A stretch of DNA of 64,000 nt from Bacteroidota bacterium (GTDB taxonomy: Bacteria; Bacteroidota; Bacteroidia; AKYH767-A; OLB10): NCBI GenBank assembly GCA_031366005.1, contig JANLZB010000029.1, positions 24,393-88,392 of the forward strand, in the 5' to 3' direction. The position numbers were made by a program, and so were the translations under genes. How positions within the stretch are numbered: the first letter of the stretch is position 1; every line of letters starts with the position of its first letter. Under the pieces are notes generated by a model. The model did not search any database. It had not been told where the DNA came from and was given only the letters and a program-made list of their open reading frames with translations. Shown here one piece after another: positions 19,700 through 28,049 of this stretch.

Positions 19700-20332
19700 T
19701 CAAACAAGCTTATTTTGTATTGCCTTTGCCACGGCCTCACTCTTTGAATTAACATGCAGTTTGCTATAAATATTTTTAATATGATAACGCAGGGTTTCAA
19801 TGCTTACATTCATTTCGCCTGCTGCCATTTTATAGCTGTAACCCCGCACTAAGAAAGACAGTACATCATGTTCACGTGGAGTAAGTGTTTGCAGCTCTGC
19901 TGATTTTTGAAATGGTTTAGAAAAAAGTTTCAATACTTGTTTGGCTACAGAGGGTGTCATGGGCGCACCACCTGTGTGTGCTTCATTAATTGCTTCAATT
20001 ATTTTTTCCGGTGCCGTGCGTTTTAAAATATATCCACTTGCTCCATGGCATATTGATTGAAAAACCCTTTCATTATCATCAAAAACTGTAAGCATCAACA
20101 CACTCACTTCATTGCCTGCTGCACGTAAACTACGCAAACCCTGCAACCCGTTTTCCACTGGCATATCAATATCCATAAGCACCACATCGGGTTGATGATG
20201 TTCTACGTTTTTAATTACGTTTTTGCAATTATTATAAACGCCTGCCAATTCCATTCCATCAGCATTGCTTATTAATTCGCTTAAACTGTCAATGAAATCT
20301 ATGTTGTCTTCAAAAATTAATATGCGTATCAT
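19700..20332 (-). CDS. Two-component response regulator, NarL/LuxR family
   Basis: REC domain (DVVLMDIDMP with the phospho-acceptor Asp) plus a C-terminal LuxR-type HTH (LTPREHDVLSFLVRGYSYKMAAGEMNVSIETLRYHIKNIYSKL). Confidence 0.9.
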   Translation of the reverse strand: MIRILIFEDNIDFIDSLSELISNADGMELAGVYNNCKNVIKNVEHHQPDVVLMDIDMPVENGLQGLRSLRAAGNEVSVLMLTVFDDNERVFQSICHGASGYILKRTAPEKIIEAINEAHTGGAPMTPSVAKQVLKLFSKPFQKSAELQTLTPREHDVLSFLVRGYSYKMAAGEMNVSIETLRYHIKNIYSKLHVNSKSEAVAKAIQNKLV

Positions 20333-20531
20333 TTGTGTTATTAAGTTATTGGGTTCTTTAAAGACCCACTTCTTTCGGTTAGCAAAATAATAAATAATAG
20401 CTGGATGGAATTCCTACATGTTTGGGTGGGGAAAAAATGTGCGAAGAGGTGTTCCAAATTTTTTGGATTTCGATCTTCTAAAGTTATATCAAACACTCAT
20501 AATAACTACTTTCGTTTCACAAATTTTTATC

Positions 20532-22838
20532 ATGTCAAAAAAGAAAAAAACATCCATTGACACCATTGGGCTTTTAAAAGCTTTAATCATTGAAATATTT
20601 AAACAACATCCATATAAACATTATAATTATAAGCAGGTAATAAAAAAATTATCTCACGAACCTATTGCTGAGCAATCACAAATTTTGTTTGATACGCTGG
20701 ATGAATACAGCTTACGTGAATCGGTGCAAACTGCTATGGTTGCTTTAACTGCTTCCGGTGAACTGATGGAGGTTGACCGTGGTAAGTATAAATTATTTCC
20801 TGTTCAGCAATTCATTACAGGAAAAATTGATATTAGTTCGAGCGGTACTGCGTATGTGGTGAATGAAAATTTTGAAGAAGATATTATTATTCAGCGCCAG
20901 CACACGTTGAATGCGATGAATGGTGATTTAGTAAAAGTGAGTTTGTTTGCACAACGTCCGGGGAAGCGTGGCGAAGGAGAGGTGGTTGAAGTTTTAGAAC
21001 GTGCACGCACAGAGTTTGTCGGCATTGTGCAGTTATCTCAACGCTTTGCATTTCTTTCAACAGGTAATCCACGTAATGGTGTTGACATTTTTATTCCTTT
21101 TTCAGTTTTGAATGGTGCTGCGGATGGTGATAAAGCAATGGCTCGCATAACTGAATGGAAACCGGAAGCAAAAAATCCTACAGGAGAAATTATCAAAGTT
21201 CTTGGCAGGCCAGGAAATAACGACACAGAGATGGACGCCATTTTAGTAGAGTATGGTTTTCCACTTTCGTTTCCTGATAAAGTTGAGCGTGAATCGGAAC
21301 AAATTCCTTTTGAGATTTCCAAAAAAGAAATTGCAGCAAGAAAAGATTTTAGAAAGATTACAACATTCACCATTGACCCGGTGGATGCAAAAGATTTTGA
21401 TGATGCATTATCAATAAGAAAGTTAAAAAATAATAATTGGGAAATCGGAGTACACATTGCAGATGTGACTTATTACATGCAAACAGGAACTGCATTGGAT
21501 GATGAAGCTTTTGACCGTGCAACTTCGGTTTATCTGGTTGACCGTGTTATACCTATGTTACCAGAAAAATTAAGTAACCATGTTTGTTCATTGCGGCCTA
21601 ATGAAGATAAGCTTTGTTACAGCGCAGTATTTGAAATGAATGATAAAGCAGAAGTTTTAAATGAATGGTTTGGCAGAACTGTTATTCATTCTGATAAACG
21701 CTTTAGCTATGAAGAAGCACAACAGGTTATTGAAACAGGAAATGGTGATTTGAAAGAGGAGATATTGACGATGGATCGCCTTGCAAAAATTTTGCGTAAA
21801 GAAAGATTTAAAAAAGGAGCCATCAGTTTTGAAAAAGCAGAAGTAAAATTTCGCCTGGATGAAAAAGGTTTTCCATTGGATGTTTATATAAAAGAAAGTA
21901 AAGACAGCAATAAACTGATTGAAGAGTTTATGTTGCTTGCCAATAGAAAAGTGGCGGAGTTTGTTGGCATGATGCATTTGAAATCAGATACATCTAAAGA
22001 AGAAAAACCATTTGTTTACCGCGTACATGACTCTCCCGTTGAAGATCGGTTAAACACATTCGCATTATTTGCAAGCAAGTTTGGTTATCGCATCAATACT
22101 AAATCGGAAAAAGAAATTGCAAGTTCGCTCAATCAATTATTGAAAGACGTGCATGGAAAAAAAGAACAGAATGTATTAGAACAACTTGCCATACGAACCA
22201 TGGCAAAAGCGATTTATACAACTGATAACATTGGTCATTACGGATTGGCTTTTGATTATTACACACATTTTACTTCTCCGATAAGACGTTATCCGGATGT
22301 ATTAGTTCACCGTTTGTTAGATCATTATTTGAAAGGAGGCAAACCTGTTGATGTAGAAACTTTGGAAAAACAATGCAAGCACAGTACAGAAAATGAAATA
22401 CGTGCATCAGAAGCTGAACGCGCATCTATCAAATTTAAACAGGTTCAATATTTATTAAACCGTGAAGGAGAAGTTTTCGATGGAATTATTTCCGGTGTTA
22501 CCGAATGGGGCATTTATGTGGAGTTATCAGAAAGTAAATGTGAAGGCTTAATTCGTCTGCGCGATCTGGATGATGATTTTTATGAATTGGATGACAAAAA
22601 TTATTGCATCATCGGTCACCGGACAAGAAAAAAATTTCAGTTGGGAGATTCATTAAAAGTGCAATTAAAATCTGCAGACCTGACAAAAAAACAAATAGAT
22701 TTTATTTTATATGATGAATTCCGTAAACCTTCTTTTAAACAATCGAGGGGAGAATCACCAAGACCTGATCGGAATCGCAGAGTGAGGGAACGTCATCCAG
22801 AGAAAAAAAATAAAAAACCATTTTATAAACGTAAATAA
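20532..22838 (+). CDS. rnr: Ribonuclease R
   Basis: RNB catalytic motif (TIDPVDAKDFDDALS), an S1 domain and a Lys/Arg-rich C-terminal tail. The start was taken at the internal Met MSKKKK (atg at 20532); the ORF-track start at 20418 is a less likely upstream extension. Confidence 0.88.
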   Translation: MSKKKKTSIDTIGLLKALIIEIFKQHPYKHYNYKQVIKKLSHEPIAEQSQILFDTLDEYSLRESVQTAMVALTASGELMEVDRGKYKLFPVQQFITGKIDISSSGTAYVVNENFEEDIIIQRQHTLNAMNGDLVKVSLFAQRPGKRGEGEVVEVLERARTEFVGIVQLSQRFAFLSTGNPRNGVDIFIPFSVLNGAADGDKAMARITEWKPEAKNPTGEIIKVLGRPGNNDTEMDAILVEYGFPLSFPDKVERESEQIPFEISKKEIAARKDFRKITTFTIDPVDAKDFDDALSIRKLKNNNWEIGVHIADVTYYMQTGTALDDEAFDRATSVYLVDRVIPMLPEKLSNHVCSLRPNEDKLCYSAVFEMNDKAEVLNEWFGRTVIHSDKRFSYEEAQQVIETGNGDLKEEILTMDRLAKILRKERFKKGAISFEKAEVKFRLDEKGFPLDVYIKESKDSNKLIEEFMLLANRKVAEFVGMMHLKSDTSKEEKPFVYRVHDSPVEDRLNTFALFASKFGYRINTKSEKEIASSLNQLLKDVHGKKEQNVLEQLAIRTMAKAIYTTDNIGHYGLAFDYYTHFTSPIRRYPDVLVHRLLDHYLKGGKPVDVETLEKQCKHSTENEIRASEAERASIKFKQVQYLLNREGEVFDGIISGVTEWGIYVELSESKCEGLIRLRDLDDDFYELDDKNYCIIGHRTRKKFQLGDSLKVQLKSADLTKKQIDFILYDEFRKPSFKQSRGESPRPDRNRRVRERHPEKKNKKPFYKRK

Positions 22839-22875
22839 ATTTTGAGCGCTAAGGATTGAAGTTTAGAAAATCCAT

Positions 22876-23913
22876 TTAACTTTTTGCAGGATCAAAAATT
22901 CCATTTACTTCCAGCTTTTCAATAGTTGACAGCTTATCAAATTCTTCCGGAGTTTTTGCCGTTTGAGAAATTGATAGTTTCTGTTTTATAAAATCTTTTA
23001 TTTTTCTAGTATGCAATGGCATTAATGCTTTTTGAATAAAAAAAAGAGACCTGTTTTTACGCAAGTCACTCATTTGATATTTATCAGGAAAATCGTCAAA
23101 CAATCTTTTACATACCTCTTCAATCATAATGATATCCGGTTCACTCATGCCGGTTTTCCATTTGCCAAAATTGTTTTTCATAAAATCATTATTCAGGTTT
23201 GCCTTCCAGCTTTCTCCACTGGCAGCCACCTGATCCGAACTTTTATAAAACTCCATCATAGCCGGCTCAAACCTTACTTCCAATTCCTCACAAATTCTTT
23301 TTATCTCGGTTAACGGATCAGTAATAAGATCCTCATAAAAAACGCGTACATAACGTTTACCAAAAAGCTTTTGAGCAATGTCAACTCCACACTCATATTG
23401 TAAAAGATAATGCTCTGCAATGATCTGAATATTTACATCAAACTTTTTGGTGTATTCCGCTTTCATGGTTGACATCACTACATCACGCGGATCTCGGATG
23501 ATATGCAGTATATAGGAGGAAGGAAATTGTTCTTTCAATCTTCTTGCAAGCCACACATTTTGTGGTGTGCCTTCAACAAGAATATCTTTTTTACGCTCCT
23601 GCGCAAAAAGATTCATATACGTTGTAAATAATTCTACCGGATTGAAGCCAGGTTTAAGATGAGATAAAACTTCTTCGGCAGAAATATTTAAACGCTGCAC
23701 TTTTTCATCCTCATTAAGAATTTTTTTCAGGCTTGTAAAATCGTTAAATGCCTTTTTTGTTTTGTTGGTAGCAGCATAAGCATAAGTGGGAAGTAAATGT
23801 GATTCAGGAGGAGAAACACACTCGCTATGCTGATTAAAAATAGCCTGGAGCAGGGAGGTTCCTGATCTGGGAGCTCCACCAATAAAAATCCATTTTTTAA
23901 TTTTATTCTCCAC
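22876..23913 (-). CDS. PAPS-dependent sulfotransferase family protein
   Basis: 5'-PSB loop GAPRSGTS and 3'-PB region IIRDPRDVVMS. A cytosolic ~345-aa sulfotransferase fold. Confidence 0.75.
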   Translation of the reverse strand: MENKIKKWIFIGGAPRSGTSLLQAIFNQHSECVSPPESHLLPTYAYAATNKTKKAFNDFTSLKKILNEDEKVQRLNISAEEVLSHLKPGFNPVELFTTYMNLFAQERKKDILVEGTPQNVWLARRLKEQFPSSYILHIIRDPRDVVMSTMKAEYTKKFDVNIQIIAEHYLLQYECGVDIAQKLFGKRYVRVFYEDLITDPLTEIKRICEELEVRFEPAMMEFYKSSDQVAASGESWKANLNNDFMKNNFGKWKTGMSEPDIIMIEEVCKRLFDDFPDKYQMSDLRKNRSLFFIQKALMPLHTRKIKDFIKQKLSISQTAKTPEEFDKLSTIEKLEVNGIFDPAKS

Positions 23914-24001
23914 CTGTAATTTCCAATATTACTAATATGAGGAGGATAAAGTTACACTGATATCCTATTTTTTCAACAAACGGTTGTAAATAGCTTTTCT
24001 A

Positions 24002-25489
24002 CTAATTTTTCACTCCTTCATATTTTTTCACTTCACCGTTTTCATAAGTTGTGGTCAGTATTAATTCACCATTCACATCATAGGTTTTCCAGTTACCCTC
24101 CTTTAAACCTAAACGGTAGTAGCGTTCTTCACGAATCTTTCCATTGTCAAAATAAAAGATGTGCTTACCGTTTTCATTGCCTTCAAAATATTCTCCTTCA
24201 AAAGCAATTTTTCCATTTTGAAAATACTGTTTCCAAACTCCATCCTGATTTCCCTCCACATAATTTCCTTCTGCAATGTATTCACCATTCTTAAATTTCC
24301 AGTGTCCTTCGCGTAAACCATTAACATAATTTCCTTCTGCAATTGAACCACTGTCACTGTATTCTTTTGAAAGGCCTTCTTCTTTTCCAAGCTTAAAATT
24401 TTCTTCGCGTAATAAATTTCCATTGGGATAATACCATTTCCAGATAGAATCAGGTTGATTATTTTTATAAAAACCCTGTTGTTGAATTTGCTGACCGGGA
24501 TAATAAAATGTCCACAATCCATCCCGTTTTCCATTCTTGAAATTTCCTTCTGATTTTATTTTTCCATCCGGATAAAAATATTTCCAGTTACCTTGCTGAC
24601 TTCCTGTTTCATCAACAGTTCCACCTTCTGCAACTACTTTATCCTTATCATACAACTTTGATGATATAATTTTTCCTTCTCTGTCAAAATCACGATACAC
24701 ACCTTCTTTAACACCATTGATAAGATTTACTGAAGATTTAGGACGACCATTGTTATGATAATCGCGTTTAATATCTAACTGCACATTAGCTGCTTCATCA
24801 GGTACCAATTCACCATTCTTATAAATCTCCATCTTCGTCATCATTCCATCACGAGTGTATTCGCGAAACACTCCGTTCTTTTTGTCATCCTTGTAAGTTC
24901 CCTCACTCTTCACCACATCATCCGGATAAAATTCCTTCCAAACACCTTGCTTGAATCCGAATTTATCAATGCGGTTAATCTTTTGTTCTTTTTGAAAATA
25001 TCCGTTCTTAAAAGTGGTAATCGTTATGATTCTTCCGTCATCAGCATACTCTTTGGCGTTACCATTCTCAACCCCATCTTTATAACGAATCGTTTTTGCT
25101 AATTTTCCATTCTCGTTAAAATATTTTGCTGTGCTGTCAATCACATTGTTGTTCATCCAAATTTCTGATGAAACATTTCCATTCTCATAAAATTCACGCT
25201 GCAATCCATTCTTAACTCCAGCTTCATAATCATACTCCGCAGTTTTATTTCCTTTCTCGCTGTAAAATTTCCACTCACCTTTTAACTGGGAATTTACCCT
25301 GTTGCCCCCTGATTTTAGTATTCCGTTTTCATAATAACTTTTCCAGATGCCATCAGGTTTACCATTTACAAAATTTCCTTCGCTGCTAACTTTTCCATTT
25401 CCATAATAAAATTTAACCGGTCCGTTTTGCTGGGCGCAAAGCAATTGCACATTGCACAAAATCAAAAAAATCAAAAAATATTTTTTCAT
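24002..25489 (-). CDS. Secreted MORN-repeat (YwqK-like) protein
   Basis: About 20 tandem ~23-aa repeats of the form G-x-W-K-x-Y-Y-x-N-G-x-L-K-x-E-G-N-F-x-N-G-K-x-D. The start was moved to MKKYFLIFLILCNVQLLCAQ (signal peptide; cat at 25487-25489). Confidence 0.75.
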   Translation of the reverse strand: MKKYFLIFLILCNVQLLCAQQNGPVKFYYGNGKVSSEGNFVNGKPDGIWKSYYENGILKSGGNRVNSQLKGEWKFYSEKGNKTAEYDYEAGVKNGLQREFYENGNVSSEIWMNNNVIDSTAKYFNENGKLAKTIRYKDGVENGNAKEYADDGRIITITTFKNGYFQKEQKINRIDKFGFKQGVWKEFYPDDVVKSEGTYKDDKKNGVFREYTRDGMMTKMEIYKNGELVPDEAANVQLDIKRDYHNNGRPKSSVNLINGVKEGVYRDFDREGKIISSKLYDKDKVVAEGGTVDETGSQQGNWKYFYPDGKIKSEGNFKNGKRDGLWTFYYPGQQIQQQGFYKNNQPDSIWKWYYPNGNLLREENFKLGKEEGLSKEYSDSGSIAEGNYVNGLREGHWKFKNGEYIAEGNYVEGNQDGVWKQYFQNGKIAFEGEYFEGNENGKHIFYFDNGKIREERYYRLGLKEGNWKTYDVNGELILTTTYENGEVKKYEGVKN

Positions 25490-25505
25490 ATTGAGATTAA
25501 TTTTT

Positions 25506-25576
25506 GAGACGCAGATTTGCAGATTGGAACAGATTAGGCAGGTATTTAATCTGTTCCAATATTTAAATCTGCGTCT
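25506..25576. repeat. Composite inverted repeat immediately upstream of the MORN-repeat gene
   Basis: Outer stem agacgcagattt (25506-25517) pairs with aaatctgcgtct (25565-25576). Inner stem ttggaacagatt (25524-25535) pairs with aatctgttccaa (25548-25559). Confidence 0.75.
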
Positions 25577-26238
25577 GTAATCCTGAATCATCATACCAAA
25601 GATACCCACATCAATTCAGATTTTCCAACTTCAAATTTTAAACCTGAAACTTCAAACTCTATTTATAATATATCTTTTTAATTTAAATATTTATATATTG
25701 TTATATGCCTGTTAGTATGGTTCAAAACAAATTGCTTGTTTGCTTGACTAATCCACTTATCTGAGTTTAAACACAGTTTGTTAACATGTTGTATTTTCCA
25801 ATTACTTGATTTTGAAACAAGAGTTATGCTTATTAACAACTGTTGATAACAGCAAGCGTTAACTCGTTTACTGAATAAAGTTGTTAGTTGCTGTTGATAA
25901 GGCTGTGCAGTAATTAACCGCAAATACCACTGACAGGATTTGGATGAGTGGTTTATTTGATTAAGCAGATGCATGTTTTTAAAAACCAAATTTTTTTGTG
26001 AGTTATTATCACCATGTTATAGTATGTAATAAACATCTTTTTTGTTGATAACTAAAAAGTTAAAGGCTTATTATGCAGGGCTATAGTTTTTGCCTGTTGA
26101 AAACAATGAATGCAACGCGGATGACACGGATCGAACAGATAAAAGCTGATTTTATCAATGCAAAATCTTACCTATCCGCGTCATTTGCTTTCTATTACTG
26201 ACGTATAAATTTTACCTTTACATCCAATAAAAATAAAC

Positions 26239-26670
26239 ATGCAAACAATAATAATAGGAGCTGATCATGCCGGTTTCGAGATGAAAGAAAAAGTAAAAGT
26301 CTATTTATCAGCCAAAGGTTTTTCAATAACTGACAAAGGAACTTACTCAGCCGAATCGGTTGACTATCCTGATTTTGCACATGCTGTTGCCCGTGAACTG
26401 GAAAATGATAAAACCAAAACCGGTATTTTATTATGCGGAAGCGCAAACGGTGTAGCAATCACCGCCAACAAACATGCACACATAAGAGCTGCAGTTTGCT
26501 GGACAGAAGAAATTGCAAAACTGGCACGTCAGCATAACAACGCAAATATTATTTGTATCCCATCCCGTTTTGTGGAAGAATCAACAGCAGAAAAAATGAT
26601 AAATATTTTTTTAAGTACTGAGTTTGAAGGTGGAAGACATGAGAGAAGGGTAGAGAAGATTGAGTGCTAA
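26239..26670 (+). CDS. rpiB: Ribose-5-phosphate isomerase B
   Basis: 143 aa with MQTIIIGADHAGFEMKEKV...GILLCGSANGVAITANK, the RpiB/LacAB family signature. Confidence 0.9.
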   Translation: MQTIIIGADHAGFEMKEKVKVYLSAKGFSITDKGTYSAESVDYPDFAHAVARELENDKTKTGILLCGSANGVAITANKHAHIRAAVCWTEEIAKLARQHNNANIICIPSRFVEESTAEKMINIFLSTEFEGGRHERRVEKIEC

Positions 26671-26973
26671 TCACACAAACTCCATCATCTTTTCAACCAA
26701 TTCATCACCCATCATAAAGCCGGGCATTCGCCACAGTAATTCTCCGTTTTTAAAAATCATTAAAGTAGGAACACTTTTTATGGCAAACTCATTTTGTAAT
26801 TCAGGATGTTTATCCAGATCAATTTTTTCTACTTTAATTTTTCCTGCAAGTTGTGGTTTTATTACTTCTAAAATAGTATCGAGAATTTTGCATGGTTCGC
26901 ACCAGTCAGCATAAAAATCAATAAAAACCGGTTTATTGTTTTGTGTAAGTTTTTTGAATTCTTCTATAGTCAC
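26671..26973 (-). CDS. trxA: Thioredoxin
   Basis: Active site WCEPC (a CxxC variant of WCGPC) in a 101-aa thioredoxin fold. A GTG start at 26973-26971 is proposed, giving MTIEEFKKLTQ... The ORF-track ATG at 27036 would add 21 aa that span a GC-rich 15-bp hairpin. Confidence 0.75.
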   Translation of the reverse strand: MTIEEFKKLTQNNKPVFIDFYADWCEPCKILDTILEVIKPQLAGKIKVEKIDLDKHPELQNEFAIKSVPTLMIFKNGELLWRMPGFMMGDELVEKMMEFV

Positions 26974-26988
26974 AATGGTTAATTTTTT

Positions 26989-27021
26989 ACCCCTGTCAGG
27001 GTTCAAAACCCTGACAGGGGT
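26989..27021. promoter_or_regulatory. Perfect GC-rich hairpin (15-bp stem, 3-nt loop) in the trxA leader or N-terminal extension
   Basis: acccctgtcagggtt-caa-aaccctgacaggggt. No downstream T-tract is present on either strand, so it is not a canonical terminator. Confidence 0.7.
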
Positions 27022-27259
27022 TGCATTTGAATGCAAAAGTACAATAACACCGTTGCAATATTTTTTGAAAAACCGTAACCTATTCTTTATTCTACCGTTA
27101 AATTGAATTACGGAAAGTTAAAATGAACAATGGAAGGATAATTCTTTGCGAAAGCAAGCGCTTAAACTCCGTGTTTCTCTGCGTTAAAAATTTAAACGCA
27201 TTGTTCACGAAGAAAAAAAATGCAGAAAACAACAAAGAATAAGTAAAAAAGGCAACAGT

Positions 27260-28033
27260 GTGTCATCCAAAATGCAAATCATAATTCAATTATTAAATAA
27301 GTTAAATATTAAGCTGCAGCTGATTTTTATTTCAGCGGCTTTACTGTTTTCATCGTGTAACAAACAAGTGTTGTTTTCACACTCCTCTTCAAATAAAAAT
27401 GTAGCGATAGATAAGGATACAGGAGAATCACGTCTTGAAAAAATATTAATGCCGGATGATAAAATTATGGTAAGCGTGTGGGACCATGATGATTTAAGCG
27501 TTGGCAATCTTCAAAATGTGGTGAGCCTTCAGGAAGAATATGGCAAATGGGTAATGATAGATGCAAAAGGAGAAGTAAAACTTCCGCAGATAGGAAACAT
27601 AAAACTACAAGGACTCACAGTGCGTGAAGCAACTGCTGCGCTCGAAAAATCTTATTCGCAGTTTGTACAAAAACCAAATGTAAATATCCGCGTATTAAAT
27701 AACCAGGTTACGTTATTGGGCGAAGTAAAGGCACAAGGCAATTATATTTTCAGCAGCGATAATATTCGTTTGGTGGATTTGATTGGTAAAGCCCAGGGCT
27801 TCACAGACTATGCAAAGACAAAAAGTATTCAGATCGTGCGCGGTGATAAACAATTTAAAGTGGACTTAACAAACACTTATAATGTTTCTAACCAGGAACT
27901 AATTATTTATCCCGGTGATGTAGTATATGTTCCACCTGCAGGTAATAAAGGCTTCGATCGTTTCACCACCAAGTTGATTCCTATTGCAAGTTTGTTTACT
28001 GCCATCGCATTAATATATAGTGTAACACATTAA
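27260..28033 (+). CDS. wza: Polysaccharide export outer-membrane protein (Wza/GumB family)
   Basis: Lipoprotein-type signal (…LLFSSC), a Poly_export motif region (IMVSVWDHDDLS) and an SLBB domain (GEVKLPQIGNIKLQGLTVREA...). A C-terminal hydrophobic helix is also present. Confidence 0.85.
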   Translation: MSSKMQIIIQLLNKLNIKLQLIFISAALLFSSCNKQVLFSHSSSNKNVAIDKDTGESRLEKILMPDDKIMVSVWDHDDLSVGNLQNVVSLQEEYGKWVMIDAKGEVKLPQIGNIKLQGLTVREATAALEKSYSQFVQKPNVNIRVLNNQVTLLGEVKAQGNYIFSSDNIRLVDLIGKAQGFTDYAKTKSIQIVRGDKQFKVDLTNTYNVSNQELIIYPGDVVYVPPAGNKGFDRFTTKLIPIASLFTAIALIYSVTH

Positions 28034-28049
28034 GTGAGAAATAAAAAAC

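Noticed and set aside
25678-25989. 103-aa minus-strand ORF in the MORN-rpiB gap
   Set aside because: Gln/Leu/Ser-rich low-complexity translation with no start context. It is more plausibly non-coding (see the finding on this gap).
26985-27021. GC-rich hairpin read as a rho-independent terminator
   Set aside because: No T-tract follows it on either strand. The T-run is upstream on the plus strand, so it does not fit a canonical intrinsic terminator. It is kept as a leader or regulatory structure instead.
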